This document shows, one piece after another, positions 19,928 to 29,911 of a stretch of 64,000 nt of DNA. The stretch is taken from NCBI GenBank assembly GCA_963738405.1, contig CAVTWJ010000018.1, positions 32,001 to 96,000 on the forward strand, in the 5' to 3' direction. This DNA is from a candidate division FCPU426 bacterium. GTDB taxonomy: Bacteria; Oederibacteriota; Muellerivitia; Muellerivitales; Muellerivitaceae. The translations under genes and the position numbers were made by a program. Every line of letters begins with the position of its first letter. Position 1 is the first letter of the stretch. Under the pieces are notes generated by a model that searched no databases, was not told where the DNA came from, and worked only from the letters and a program-made list of their open reading frames with translations.

Positions 19928-20845
19928 ATGAGTCAAACACCGGTTGTTCTTCAAACCCATATCCCGGGTGCGCCCGAACCCAAGCGGGGCAAGGTGAGGG
20001 ATATCTATGATTTGGGAGACAAACTGCTAATCGTGGTCACCGACCGCATTTCGGCTTTCGATGTTATCATGCCCAACGGCATCCCGGACAAGGGCGTGGT
20101 TTTAAACCAGATTTCACTTTACTGGTTCAAGCAGGTCGAGGGGATTATCCCTAACCACGTGATCTCCACGGATATCTCCACGCTTCCCGAACCCTTTCGG
20201 AAGGCGGAGAGTCAGCTTCTTCACCGCTCCATGATCGTCAAAAAGGCCCAGCCTCTGCCCGCCGAATGCATCGTGCGAGGCTATTTAACCGGGTCGGGGT
20301 TGAAGGAATATCAAAAGACTGGCAAGGTCTGCGGAATCGAACTCCCCAAGGGCTTGGTCGAATCGTCCCGCATTCAGGAACCTATCTTCACCCCCTCTAC
20401 CAAGGCTGAACAGGGCCATGACCTCAATATTTCTTTCGAAGAAATGAAAAAAATATTGAATAACGATTCCGTGGCGGAAAAGGTGAAGGGTACAAGCCTG
20501 ACCATTTATAAAAAGGGCCGGGATGTGGCGGACGCAAAGGGAATCATCATCGCCGATACCAAATTTGAGTTTGGCTTATTGGATGGAAAGTTGATCCTCA
20601 TTGACGAGGTCATGACTCCCGATTCTTCCCGGTTCTGGCCCAAGGTGGATTATCAAGAAGGGGTTTCCCAGAAGAGTTACGACAAGCAATTCGTCCGGGA
20701 TTACCTGGAAACCCTGAAAGATTGGAATAAAACGCCCCCGGGTCCAGTTTTGCCCGGGAATATCGTGGAAAAAACCAGGGAGAAATATGTGGAAGCCTTT
20801 GAGCGTCTCACGGGCCGAAAGTTCGGCGATTTTTCAGCTTATTAA
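19928..20845 (+). CDS. purC: SAICAR synthetase
   Basis: [57 protein letters not shown]. Confidence 0.96.
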   Translation: MSQTPVVLQTHIPGAPEPKRGKVRDIYDLGDKLLIVVTDRISAFDVIMPNGIPDKGVVLNQISLYWFKQVEGIIPNHVISTDISTLPEPFRKAESQLLHRSMIVKKAQPLPAECIVRGYLTGSGLKEYQKTGKVCGIELPKGLVESSRIQEPIFTPSTKAEQGHDLNISFEEMKKILNNDSVAEKVKGTSLTIYKKGRDVADAKGIIIADTKFEFGLLDGKLILIDEVMTPDSSRFWPKVDYQEGVSQKSYDKQFVRDYLETLKDWNKTPPGPVLPGNIVEKTREKYVEAFERLTGRKFGDFSAY

Positions 20846-20931
20846 AGACTTCATGCCTTATTGGGTTGTTTTTTGAAGTTCCAAATGGGCTCAGTTACAA
20901 TAGCCCGCGTTGAATCAAGAGGGAGGACGGA

Positions 20932-21408
20932 ATGATCAAGACGCTTTTCATCCAGACTTGGCCCTGGTGGGCCGGGGGTTTGGGAATCGGTTTGACCGCC
21001 TTAGGGTTGGCCTGGTTTACGGGAAAAAGGCTGGGGGTCACCGGCGGTTTTGAGGATGCCTGCGTCCTGATCGCCAAAGATAAAACCAAAGACGGTTGGA
21101 AATTCTTTTTCATTTTAGGTCTTCCCTTGGGCGGGGCCTTAGCCACCATCGGTCACTGGTCCTGGACCTTCCTTTTCGGACAGCTGGATGCCCTGACCAT
21201 GGGAAGCTTTTTCATCAAATTCATTTGGCTCTTTCTCGCCGGTATCATAGTAGGGTACGGGGCCCGCTGGGCGGGGGGATGTGTCAGCGGCAACAGCATC
21301 ATGGGTATTCCCCTGGGCAGCAAAATGTCCATTATCGCCACCGTGGGGTTTCTAACCGCGGGCATCCTGATGGCCCACATGATCTTCAAATTCTTTGGGG
21401 TGAACTGA
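20932..21408 (+). CDS. YeeE/YedE sulfur-compound transporter subunit
   Basis: Gly-rich transmembrane protein with GYGARWAGGCVSGN. Confidence 0.82.
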   Translation: MIKTLFIQTWPWWAGGLGIGLTALGLAWFTGKRLGVTGGFEDACVLIAKDKTKDGWKFFFILGLPLGGALATIGHWSWTFLFGQLDALTMGSFFIKFIWLFLAGIIVGYGARWAGGCVSGNSIMGIPLGSKMSIIATVGFLTAGILMAHMIFKFFGVN

Positions 21409-21409
21409 T

Positions 21410-21925
21410 ATGGCCATTAAAAAACCCATTTCTAAACTCAAATTGAAAAAATCGGTTCGTAAAGCTCCGTCTGTTTCAAGCGCCTCATTTGAAACCTCCG
21501 TCAATCCATGGTTCCTGGGCGGTTTCGGCCTGCTCTTTGGCTACTTTCTTTCTAAATCCCAGGCCACCGATTATGACGCCATGATGGACATGTTCCGTTT
21601 TAAGAGCGTCCAATTGTGGGGCGTCATCGGGATGGCCATTTTCATTGTGTCCTTGGGGTTATTGATCCTTCCCTTGATCCATAAGCCGACCCTCTCCGGC
21701 AAGCCTTTAGATTGGAAGCCTTTAAAATTTCATCCCAATCGTATCTTTGGGGCGCTGGTTTTTGGCACGGGCTGGGCCCTCTCGGGAGCCTGTCCCGGTA
21801 CGGCCTTGACCCAAATCGGCGAAGGCAAGCTCATGGCCATCGCCACGGTGGGCGGCATCCTGGCCGGGGTCTGGCTTTACCGCAAATACCCAAGGGTGAG
21901 CGAAAAAGACGAAGAAGTGTGTTAA
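21410..21925 (+). CDS. YeeE/YedE sulfur-compound transporter subunit
   Basis: GALVFGTGWALSGACPGTAL. Confidence 0.82.
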   Translation: MAIKKPISKLKLKKSVRKAPSVSSASFETSVNPWFLGGFGLLFGYFLSKSQATDYDAMMDMFRFKSVQLWGVIGMAIFIVSLGLLILPLIHKPTLSGKPLDWKPLKFHPNRIFGALVFGTGWALSGACPGTALTQIGEGKLMAIATVGGILAGVWLYRKYPRVSEKDEEVC

Positions 21926-22668
21926 AAGGCCTCCATCCTTTTTTTTGCTGTCTGGTTCTTCTTTTTCCTTCCTGGGGCCTGTCGGCGGCACAGGGGATTG
22001 AAAACAACCTTTCTTACGACCCGGATGTCAGTCTCTCTCATTTTCCCTCCAAAATAGTTAACGACCTCCCGCATTTTTTCATCGATGAAAATATCGCTCC
22101 CCTCGCCGTGGGTACCGCGGCCACAGCATTGGATTGGAGCCTCCTGGACGGTCAAAATAGCCTGGCCGCGGATCTCCAAAACTGGAATACCCAGCCTCTT
22201 TTTGATTTCGGGGATTTCTACGGCGAAGGATGGGTGGAAGGCGGCTTAGGCCTAAGCGGGTGGGGCTTGGGAGCGCTCACGAACGACCTTAGGCTTCAAG
22301 AATTCGGACGGGACACCCTAGAGGCCCTGGCCTATGACGGGGTGGTGGCTGCGGGGTTCAAGTTCACGGTGCAAAGGCAGCGGCCCAGCGGGGGCAACAC
22401 CTATTCCTTCCCCTCGGGCCATTCCATCACGGCCTTTTGTTTCGCGCCCGTGGTCACAAAATACTGGGGCTGGGAAGCGGGCGCCGCCACTTATCTCTTG
22501 GGAACCATCGACGGGTTGGCCCGGGTGGAAGGCCATTACCATTACCTGTCGGATGTCTTTGCGGGGGCGACCTTCGGCATCCTTATCGGCAACGCGGTGG
22601 TCTACACCCCCAAAGACATGATTGTCTCCATCGGGCTGGGCAGTTTGGAAGTGGGAATGAAATTCTAA
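21919..22668 (+). CDS. PAP2-family phosphatase
   Basis: KFTVQRQRP, SFPSGHS, ARVEGHYHYLSDV. GTG start at 21919 followed by a signal peptide. Confidence 0.85.
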   Translation: MLKGLHPFFCCLVLLFPSWGLSAAQGIENNLSYDPDVSLSHFPSKIVNDLPHFFIDENIAPLAVGTAATALDWSLLDGQNSLAADLQNWNTQPLFDFGDFYGEGWVEGGLGLSGWGLGALTNDLRLQEFGRDTLEALAYDGVVAAGFKFTVQRQRPSGGNTYSFPSGHSITAFCFAPVVTKYWGWEAGAATYLLGTIDGLARVEGHYHYLSDVFAGATFGILIGNAVVYTPKDMIVSIGLGSLEVGMKF

Positions 22669-22688
22669 ACAGGGCCGCCCCGGTGGTT

Positions 22689-23603
22689 TTAAGGTTTTTT
22701 CGCTCCATATTTCGAAAAAATATCCGTAATCGGCGGCAATCCCACGGCGTGGCCGAAGGGGGAAATGCCGTACATGTCCAGGATCGTGCTTAAGATACGG
22801 TAGTGGTTGATGGTTTCGGGGTATTTTCCGGGGCGGACCATCGCCCCATAGATGATGGTGGGTATCTGGTTGGCCTTGGTGCGCTTGTCGTCCTCATCCC
22901 ATGAAATGATCAAAAGGCTCTTGTTCGAGGGGTCTTGGCACCAATCGGCGTAGTCCGCGAGGCTCTTTTTAAGCCAGGTGTCGGCTTCTTTTGGGGACCC
23001 GTCGTGCATGTCGTGGTCCAGGTCGGGGATCACCCAGGAAACCGCCGGCAGGTCGTTGAAATTTTTCGGGAAAGCGCTAAAGGGCAGGTTGCAGGTCACA
23101 GGAACGTTGCCGCCCACCTGGAAATCGACCCAGGGGCAGTGCTTGCGGGCGTACCGGCCCGAAAAACAAACGGTGGAACCCATCGAGGGGAGGCCCTCCG
23201 AATAGCCCGCGAAGCCGTCACCCGCCGCCAAGAGGGAAGCCGCCATGTTGGGCGTGTTTCCCGCGTCCACCGGGCATTGGTCGTGCCCCGTCCCGTTTTG
23301 GGTGTAGGGATCGCCCGCGAAAAGGACCATGTAGTTCAGCTCGCTGTTGTGGCCCTCCGCGAAGGATTGGGTCATGTTGGCCCCGCCATCCGCCAAGGTG
23401 TTGAGGTAAGGCAGGGAAGAGCGCTTGCCCGGCCCCAAGATATTGTCGAAACTGCGGTTTTCCTCCATGACGATGACGATATGGGCCGGTTGGGGCGGTC
23501 TGGCGGGGGTAGAGTCCGGGGTTTGAAAGGCCGCTTGGGTTTGGGCCGCGCATAAACCCGCCGCCCCAAATAGGATGAAGAGCCATCGATAACTGTTTTT
23601 CAT
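22689..23603 (-). CDS. Secreted acid phosphatase / phosphoesterase family protein
   Basis: HIVIVMEENRSF, YARKHCPW, PDLDHDMHDG, IISWDED. Confidence 0.85.
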   Translation of the reverse strand: MKNSYRWLFILFGAAGLCAAQTQAAFQTPDSTPARPPQPAHIVIVMEENRSFDNILGPGKRSSLPYLNTLADGGANMTQSFAEGHNSELNYMVLFAGDPYTQNGTGHDQCPVDAGNTPNMAASLLAAGDGFAGYSEGLPSMGSTVCFSGRYARKHCPWVDFQVGGNVPVTCNLPFSAFPKNFNDLPAVSWVIPDLDHDMHDGSPKEADTWLKKSLADYADWCQDPSNKSLLIISWDEDDKRTKANQIPTIIYGAMVRPGKYPETINHYRILSTILDMYGISPFGHAVGLPPITDIFSKYGAKKP

Positions 23604-23669
23604 AAAGTCCCTCCGCGTTATTTAGGCAAACTCAAATTGAAAGAATATTATAAATCACCCCTGGCTGGG

Positions 23670-25397
23670 TTAACCCAGCCGGTCTAGTTCCTTACCCACC
23701 TCTTCCATCAAGGGCTCAATCATCTTTAGGCTGAAATCGAACTTGATCCCCGCCGATTTAAAAATCTCAGGCAGGGTTTGGGTCCCGCCGACCGCAAGGC
23801 CCTGCTTGTAGAGGCGCACCCCCTCTTTTTTGTCCCGCCGGAAGTTCTTCCAAACCTGAAGCGCGCCCAGCTGCGCAATGCCGTATTCGATGTAGTAAAA
23901 GGGCAGTTCGAAAATATGAAGCTGCCGGTGCCAAAGGGAGGCCTGTATTTCTTCCAGCCCCGTCCAATCCTCCGTCCCCCCAAATCGCTTCCGCAGGGAA
24001 ACCCAGTAAGCGGACCTTTCTTCCCGTTTGTGGTTCGGATGGGTGTAGATCCAGTGCTGAAAGGCGTCAATGGTGGCGATCCAGGGTAAGAGCAGGATCA
24101 CATCCTCCAAATGGCGCCGGATGGACCGGGTGGCGTCCTGGGGGTTGGGGTAAAACTCACCTAGATAAGGATCCCCCATCAATTCCATGCTCATGGAAGC
24201 CACCTCGCAAAATTCCATAGGCGCGTGGCGGTAAGGCGAAAAGGGAATCAACCGGGAAGCGAACCCATGCATGGCGTGCCCGCCTTCGTGAAGCAGGGTG
24301 CGCACGTCATTGTCCAAACCCACGGCGTTCATGAAAATAAAGGGCAGGCGGGTTTCCGATAATGTCGTGTTATAGCCTCCGGGGGCCTTGCCCTTGCGGG
24401 ATTCCAAATCCAAAAGGCCCAAGGTCCTCATGGTATTAAACTGGTCCCCAAATTGGGAGTCCACTTGTCTCAAGATTTTCTCGCAGGCCTCGACCAATGT
24501 TTCCATCTTCTCGAAAGGTTTCAGCGGCGGCTTTCCCTCCGGATCAACCGACAGGTCCCAAGGCCTTAAGGTCTCTAGGCCCATTTTTTCTGCGCGCTTT
24601 TTTTGTATCTTCAGAACTAAAGGACGGATAGCTTTTTCGGCGCTTTCGTGAAAGGCCTCGCAATCCGCCGGGGAATAATCAAATCGTTCCTTTCGACGGA
24701 AGACGTAATCGCGGTAATTGCCGAACCCGGCATTCGCCGAAATTTTGATTCTCAATTGAAGCATCTGATCGAAAAGCTCCTCAAATCTGGTCTTTTCTTT
24801 CAACCGCCGTTCGGCAGTCAAGCGCCAGGCTTCCTCCCGTGTTTTCCTGTCCGGCGATTCCAGGTAGCGCCCCATTTGCTGAAGGGTCTGCTCCTTGCCC
24901 TCGTATTGCACGGTCAGGGTGCCGCTGAGCTTTTGGTATTGCTGGGAAAGCTTTTCCACCTCTGTTTCCAATGGCACGTTTTCTTCCCGGTAGAGGGCCA
25001 GCTGGTTTTCCACCGACCTGTTGAAGAGGGAGAAACTCTGAGCAGGCAGTTGGGAACGATGTGGGCAATTCCAATACTTTTTAAGCAAGGCGAAAAAGCG
25101 GGGTTTGCTGGGTTCAGAAATGTTTTGAAGAAACTCCAGGTAAGCCTGCTCAGTTTGGGGGTCGTCGGTGGCGCAGGTCATGCGGACATAGCGAAGGGAC
25201 CCCTCTTCGTCCAGGGCATCCTCAAATTCCCCCAGATTCTTCAGCCAAAGTTCCAATTCCTTTGGGGTGGAAAGGGGCCGTTGTTCCAACTCCGTGAATA
25301 TTTTTTCCACCGTGGGCCAATCTCCCAGGTCAGCCTTCGAGGGAACAAATAAGCGGGGAAATTCGTGGGGCAGGGTTGCCGGGTCCAGCAAAGCCAT
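23670..25397 (-). CDS. M3-family oligoendopeptidase (PepF-like)
   Basis: RKGKAPGGY, LLHEGGH, EFCEVASMSME, HIFELPFYYIEY. Confidence 0.92.
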   Translation of the reverse strand: MALLDPATLPHEFPRLFVPSKADLGDWPTVEKIFTELEQRPLSTPKELELWLKNLGEFEDALDEEGSLRYVRMTCATDDPQTEQAYLEFLQNISEPSKPRFFALLKKYWNCPHRSQLPAQSFSLFNRSVENQLALYREENVPLETEVEKLSQQYQKLSGTLTVQYEGKEQTLQQMGRYLESPDRKTREEAWRLTAERRLKEKTRFEELFDQMLQLRIKISANAGFGNYRDYVFRRKERFDYSPADCEAFHESAEKAIRPLVLKIQKKRAEKMGLETLRPWDLSVDPEGKPPLKPFEKMETLVEACEKILRQVDSQFGDQFNTMRTLGLLDLESRKGKAPGGYNTTLSETRLPFIFMNAVGLDNDVRTLLHEGGHAMHGFASRLIPFSPYRHAPMEFCEVASMSMELMGDPYLGEFYPNPQDATRSIRRHLEDVILLLPWIATIDAFQHWIYTHPNHKREERSAYWVSLRKRFGGTEDWTGLEEIQASLWHRQLHIFELPFYYIEYGIAQLGALQVWKNFRRDKKEGVRLYKQGLAVGGTQTLPEIFKSAGIKFDFSLKMIEPLMEEVGKELDRLG

Positions 25398-25499
25398 GGA
25401 AGCCTCCAGACGAGGGATTAAGTGAAAGGCCGACTTTAACAAAGACGTAATGGGAATAAAAGGTTGAGAAAATAGGTAAGTTTACGCGCTATGGTTTTG

Positions 25500-25552
25500 T
25501 TGTCATTGCGAGGAGCAGCCCCAATCGGGGCGGTTTGCGACGTGGCAATCTC
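25500..25552 (+). repeat. 53-bp palindromic repeat (GTCATTGCGAG...GTGGCAATC type), intergenic copy
   Basis: 50/53 identical to the reverse complement of 48442-48494. Confidence 0.9.
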
Positions 25553-25579
25553 GGTTCGTTGGTTGCGTTGGTACATGGT

Positions 25580-25608
25580 TCGACTTTTAATGGGCGCCCC
25601 GTTATAAT
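25580..25608 (+). promoter_or_regulatory. sigma70 promoter, probably leaderless
   Basis: TCGACT-N17-TATAAT, 6 nt before the ATG at 25615, no SD. Confidence 0.6.
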
Positions 25609-25614
25609 CCGGCC

Positions 25615-26628
25615 ATGACGGTTTATTCCTATTCCCGAATCAATACCTACTTCACCTGTCCCGCTCAATTCCAATACCGATACATCCTCAAGCTCCCTTC
25701 CCCCGTGGCCGAAGGGGTCGAGCTGTTTCTTGGCTCCCGTTTTCACGAGACCATGGAATATCTTTACCATCAGGTTCCCCAAAAGGTCCCCACGGTCAAC
25801 GAACTGATGGATTTTTTCAAGAAACACTGGGCCAACCACTATCAAGAGGCCATGGAAAAGCAAAAGCAGAAGCAGTTTTCAGACCCCTTAAGAATCACCC
25901 ACGAGGGCCAAACCGTGGAAGATTACTTCCAAAAGGGCCAGCTCTACCTGGAAAACTATTACCACCAGTACCATCCCTTCGACCAGGACAAGACCGAAGC
26001 CATTGAAATGAGGGTGGCTTTCGATTTGGATCCCCAAAAGCAGTACCGCATGCAGGGCTACATCGACCGCCTGGGCCGGGACGATGAGGGAGTGCTTTGG
26101 ATCCACGACTACAAGACCAGCTCCCGCAAAATAAGCGAGGAAGACGTAAAGAACGAGGACCAATTGGCCCTTTACCAGATCGGCCTGTCCCAGCATCCCC
26201 GCTTTGGGGCCAAGGAAAAGATCAAGCACATCTGGCATTTCGTGGCTTTTGAGAAGGACCAGGTGGTGGGGGAGCGCAACGCCAAGGAAATCGAATGGCT
26301 TAAAACGAAATACATCAGCAAGATCAAGACCATCGAAAAGGCCCAGGACTTTCCCACCAAAACCAGCCCCCTTTGCGGCTGGTGTGAATACCTAAGCCTT
26401 TGCGCCGATGGGCAAGCCTCCGTGCAAAACAAGAAACGCATCAAGGAAGAAAAGGCCGCCGCCCAAAACCCTGAAAAATCAAAAACCGAAAAGGCGCCGG
26501 TCATCGTTTCGGAAATTTCCAAGCCTATCCCTGAGCCGGTCCCCGCCTCAGTTTCTCCAGAAACAGCCCTTAAATCAAAGCGCCGAAAAGGCGCTTATGT
26601 CTCCCAGGATCAACTCACACTCTTCTAA
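25615..26628 (+). CDS. PD-(D/E)XK RecB/Cas4-like nuclease with Fe-S cysteine staple
   Basis: YSYSRINTYFTCP, GYIDRL, HDYKT, QLALY, CGWCEYLSLC. Confidence 0.85.
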   Translation: MTVYSYSRINTYFTCPAQFQYRYILKLPSPVAEGVELFLGSRFHETMEYLYHQVPQKVPTVNELMDFFKKHWANHYQEAMEKQKQKQFSDPLRITHEGQTVEDYFQKGQLYLENYYHQYHPFDQDKTEAIEMRVAFDLDPQKQYRMQGYIDRLGRDDEGVLWIHDYKTSSRKISEEDVKNEDQLALYQIGLSQHPRFGAKEKIKHIWHFVAFEKDQVVGERNAKEIEWLKTKYISKIKTIEKAQDFPTKTSPLCGWCEYLSLCADGQASVQNKKRIKEEKAAAQNPEKSKTEKAPVIVSEISKPIPEPVPASVSPETALKSKRRKGAYVSQDQLTLF

Positions 26629-26665
26629 TTGTTAGAGCGTTCAATCCAAGGCAAAAAATCGATTC

Positions 26666-28798
26666 TTACTTTTCCACCGATTGGGTCTGGGCGTGGATCA
26701 GCTTTTCCAGGGCCTCCTGGAGCGCCGGGTTTTTCTCTTCCATGATCTTTTCCACGAAATGCCAAGCCTCAGGTTTTTGAAGCTGGATCAAGGCCTCAAT
26801 CGCCGCCAGCCTAATATCCAACGAGTAGGTCTTTCCCCTTAAAAGGGGTTTCTTCCGGGCGAAATCCTCCAGCGTTTCCATAGCCGAGGGGTCCTTCATA
26901 TCCCCCAGGGCCTGGCAGACCGCCATAAGGTATTTCTCATTATCAGGAAACCGCCCCTCCCGCACCTTGGCCGCCTTGATCAAAACGGGGATCACGGCCT
27001 TAAAACCGATCTTTCCCGCGACCTTAGCCGCCATGGCGGCGATTTCCTCCGAATCATCAAAGAGCGCGCAGCGCAGGGCCAGCCCCGCTGCTGGGTCCTT
27101 GAGCTGTTCGATCAAGCCTAGAAGATTCAATTTGAGCTCCCGGCTTCCACGGGCCAGCCACCCGGCCAGCAATAGCCCCAGCGATGGATCAAACCCCGAT
27201 ATGCGCAACAGAGGAAGAAGTGACTTCACCTGTTCTTCGGTATTCATATCCGCCAACTGTTCCCCTAGCGAAGACTGGAGGGGCTCTCGCAATTCGGAAA
27301 GTATGGGAAGGAGATTGGCTTTCTCGAAAGCGGGGGCCTTGGCGAAATCCTGAAGCAGAAGGGGCGCCGCCATTTCCCCCAGCAGGGGAAAGTGCCTAAG
27401 TTGGCCGGCTCGGAATGCGCAAGCCGCGAGTTTTCTCACCATCGCGGGGTTGGAACGCTCAAAGAGCCAGTGCCTCGCGATATGGGTTCGATCGGGAAAG
27501 GCGGTGCTGTCCTCATCGGCGTGAAAGTGCAGGGTCGCCAATAGCGTTAGCACATGCGACTCGTTCTTGGTCTGCAGGGCCGGATCCACCAGGTCCCAGG
27601 CCAACAAAAGGCCGCTTTGATAGAGGGAAGGGGAATTCTCATTTCCCAAAAGCGAATTTAGTTTCTCCAAAACCTGATCCACCAATTCCTGGCGGTGAAC
27701 CCAGGGCCGGGCGTCCATCAAATGGGTCAAGGAAAGTTCCCGTTCGTAGCGGTCTCCCGTCAGCCCCTCCGCCAAGCGACCCACGGTTTTTTCCACCAGT
27801 TCCGATTTTCCCTGGGCGCCCCAACGGGCCAGGCAGTCGTTCACCAACCCCGCGGTGGCGGGGTCAAATAAAACTTGGGTCCAGCCGTTTTCCACGGCCG
27901 TTTCCATCAAGGGCACCATGGCTTCCACCGTGTCCTTTTCCAACAGTTCGCCGTCAGAAGCCTTGAACCATTTGGCGATATGCTCAAACTCCGGGCCGTT
28001 CTGTTCGACCCGGCTTAGAAGGCGGTCAAAAAGTTTCTCAAAGGAAAGAGCCAAGGCCGCAGATTCGGAACTGGCGCCCACCATGCTTCGCTGAAGCTGG
28101 GCGTGTTGCCAGGCCTCCGCCACGAAAGAAAGAAGCGTGACCCTCGCGGAAATGTCTTTGGTATCCATGGCTGCGGGAGAAGGGATGGGAGGCAGGAGGG
28201 AGGATTCAATATTAAAGGAAGGCGAAGGGGCCGCGAAAACCGGCATGGGTTCGACCGGAGCCGATTTCACCGCCGGTGTTGGCTCTGCAATAGGCAATGA
28301 GGCGGCGGAAATTTCCGTGAGGGGTGGAACCGTGGCGGCTACTTCCTTCACGGGTGAGGCCACAATTTCAAAATCCCGCGTCTCATTTTCCTCCAGCATG
28401 CGCAAATGGGGGGTATGGTCGATTAAATCTTTGTTGGGTTTCGCTACCGGAAGGGTTGCCCATTTCAGCCAGAGCACCAATTCACCCACGGTGCAATGGG
28501 GCTTCACCTCTAAGCCGCCGATGCCTTTGTTTTCCAGCATCTCGGTGAAGTCGAACATCTCGGCCCATTCGGATCCGTTTAAAAATAATTTCGAATCCCG
28601 CCTCCAAATAATCAAAAGGCTGACCTTTTCCGCCATGCGGACCAAGGCCTTGTGGAGTTTTTGGATGGATTGAGCCACGAAGGGGCTTTCGACGGAATAA
28701 AAAGAAACGTAACTCAGAGCCGTTTTCAAATCGTGGCCCAGTAAAGGAAGCTGGGACAGGTCATTTTCGGGAACGGCAACCGCTTGAACTTTAGGCAT
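26666..28798 (-). CDS. HEAT-repeat-containing protein
   Basis: C-terminal HEAT-like repeats (ALFDDSEEIAAMAAKVAGKIG, CQALGDMKDPSAMETL, IRLAAIEAL). Confidence 0.65.
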   Translation of the reverse strand: MPKVQAVAVPENDLSQLPLLGHDLKTALSYVSFYSVESPFVAQSIQKLHKALVRMAEKVSLLIIWRRDSKLFLNGSEWAEMFDFTEMLENKGIGGLEVKPHCTVGELVLWLKWATLPVAKPNKDLIDHTPHLRMLEENETRDFEIVASPVKEVAATVPPLTEISAASLPIAEPTPAVKSAPVEPMPVFAAPSPSFNIESSLLPPIPSPAAMDTKDISARVTLLSFVAEAWQHAQLQRSMVGASSESAALALSFEKLFDRLLSRVEQNGPEFEHIAKWFKASDGELLEKDTVEAMVPLMETAVENGWTQVLFDPATAGLVNDCLARWGAQGKSELVEKTVGRLAEGLTGDRYERELSLTHLMDARPWVHRQELVDQVLEKLNSLLGNENSPSLYQSGLLLAWDLVDPALQTKNESHVLTLLATLHFHADEDSTAFPDRTHIARHWLFERSNPAMVRKLAACAFRAGQLRHFPLLGEMAAPLLLQDFAKAPAFEKANLLPILSELREPLQSSLGEQLADMNTEEQVKSLLPLLRISGFDPSLGLLLAGWLARGSRELKLNLLGLIEQLKDPAAGLALRCALFDDSEEIAAMAAKVAGKIGFKAVIPVLIKAAKVREGRFPDNEKYLMAVCQALGDMKDPSAMETLEDFARKKPLLRGKTYSLDIRLAAIEALIQLQKPEAWHFVEKIMEEKNPALQEALEKLIHAQTQSVEK

Positions 28799-29128
28799 AG
28801 AAACCTCCAGGAAGGTAAAAGATGCCGTATTTCATGCGGTAGTTGAGATGTTTGGGAAAGGAGGGAAGGGAACCCTCAAGCTCAAATTAGCACTCGGGGT
28901 GGAGGCCCAACAGCGAAAAAGGGCTTTTTTAGGGCCTTTCGTTTTCCCGGCGGGATGTTGTTGAACGTTTTCTGAAAACGTTCAGACATGAAGAGAGGAT
29001 GAATTTTAGAGTTATTGTTCCTGTTCGGGACTGTGGTGGCGAAACCTTAGGTGATAAAAATGAGCAATTTTTAAATCGGAACTATATTTTGACTTTCTAA
29101 AACACCCAAACATACCCCAATTCTTTTT

Positions 29129-29198
29129 GCCACAGATTCATGGGATAAATGGGATTAGTTTTTAAGATTTCATCCAATTCATCTCATGCATCTGTGGC
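29129..29198. repeat. Intergenic inverted repeat with 9-nt internal periodicity
   Basis: GCCACAGATTCATGGGATAAATGGGAT ... ATCCAATTCATCTCATGCATCTGTGGC: 27-bp arms, 4 mismatches. Confidence 0.7.
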
Positions 29199-29395
29199 TA
29201 AATAGTTTTGCTGTTTTTGTTTAGTCCTTTGTCGCAAATAGCGTAAGCCCGTTATGAATTTCCGATTCCGCCCATTTTCAAGAAAAAGAACCCTTGTCCT
29301 ATTTTTTTTATGAGTAGTGTCATAAAAATTTTCACCGAATGCCTGTAGCTTGCCCCAGTCGAAGCTATTAACCTCTATGGATTTGGAGGGAAACC

Positions 29396-29911
29396 ATGGT
29401 TTCCTTATCTCCCGCCCCCGCCGCCCCCGCTATCCCGAAAAATGACCCGAGAATCCGGCGGATCATGACCCTCATGAACGCCTCCGGCAAAAAGCGCGAT
29501 GCCCTGATCCAGGTGCTTCACGCGGTTCAGGAACTATTCGGCTATCTGCCCCGGCAGGTCATTGAGATGATCGCCAAGGAGCTTCGCCTCCCCGCCTCCC
29601 AGGTCTATGGGGTCGTCACCTTTTACCATTTCTTTACCCTCAAGCCCCACGGCGAGCACACCTGCGTGGTTTGCACGGGAACGGCCTGCTACGTGAAGGG
29701 TGCCCACGCCTTGCTGGATGAGATGAACAAGGGCTTCCAAATCAAGCCGGGGGATGTCACCAAGGACAACAAGCTGGGCCTTCAAACCGCCCGCTGCATC
29801 GGCTCCTGCGGGCTGGCCCCCGCGGTGGTTTATGACGGCGAGGTTATGCCCCGCATGAAACCGGAAGATATCGTCGCGAAAATGCGGGAGAAGCTGGGGG
29901 TGACAGCATGA
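29396..29911 (+). CDS. hoxE: Bidirectional hydrogenase diaphorase subunit HoxE
   Basis: LIQVLHAVQELFGYL, VYGVVTFYHFF, CTGTACYVKG, RCIGSCGLAP. Confidence 0.9.
   Translation: MVSLSPAPAAPAIPKNDPRIRRIMTLMNASGKKRDALIQVLHAVQELFGYLPRQVIEMIAKELRLPASQVYGVVTFYHFFTLKPHGEHTCVVCTGTACYVKGAHALLDEMNKGFQIKPGDVTKDNKLGLQTARCIGSCGLAPAVVYDGEVMPRMKPEDIVAKMREKLGVTA

Noticed and set aside
28887..28913. CIRCE-like TTAGCACTC
   Set aside because: Only the left half-site is present, with no GAGTGCTAA at N9 and no chaperone gene.
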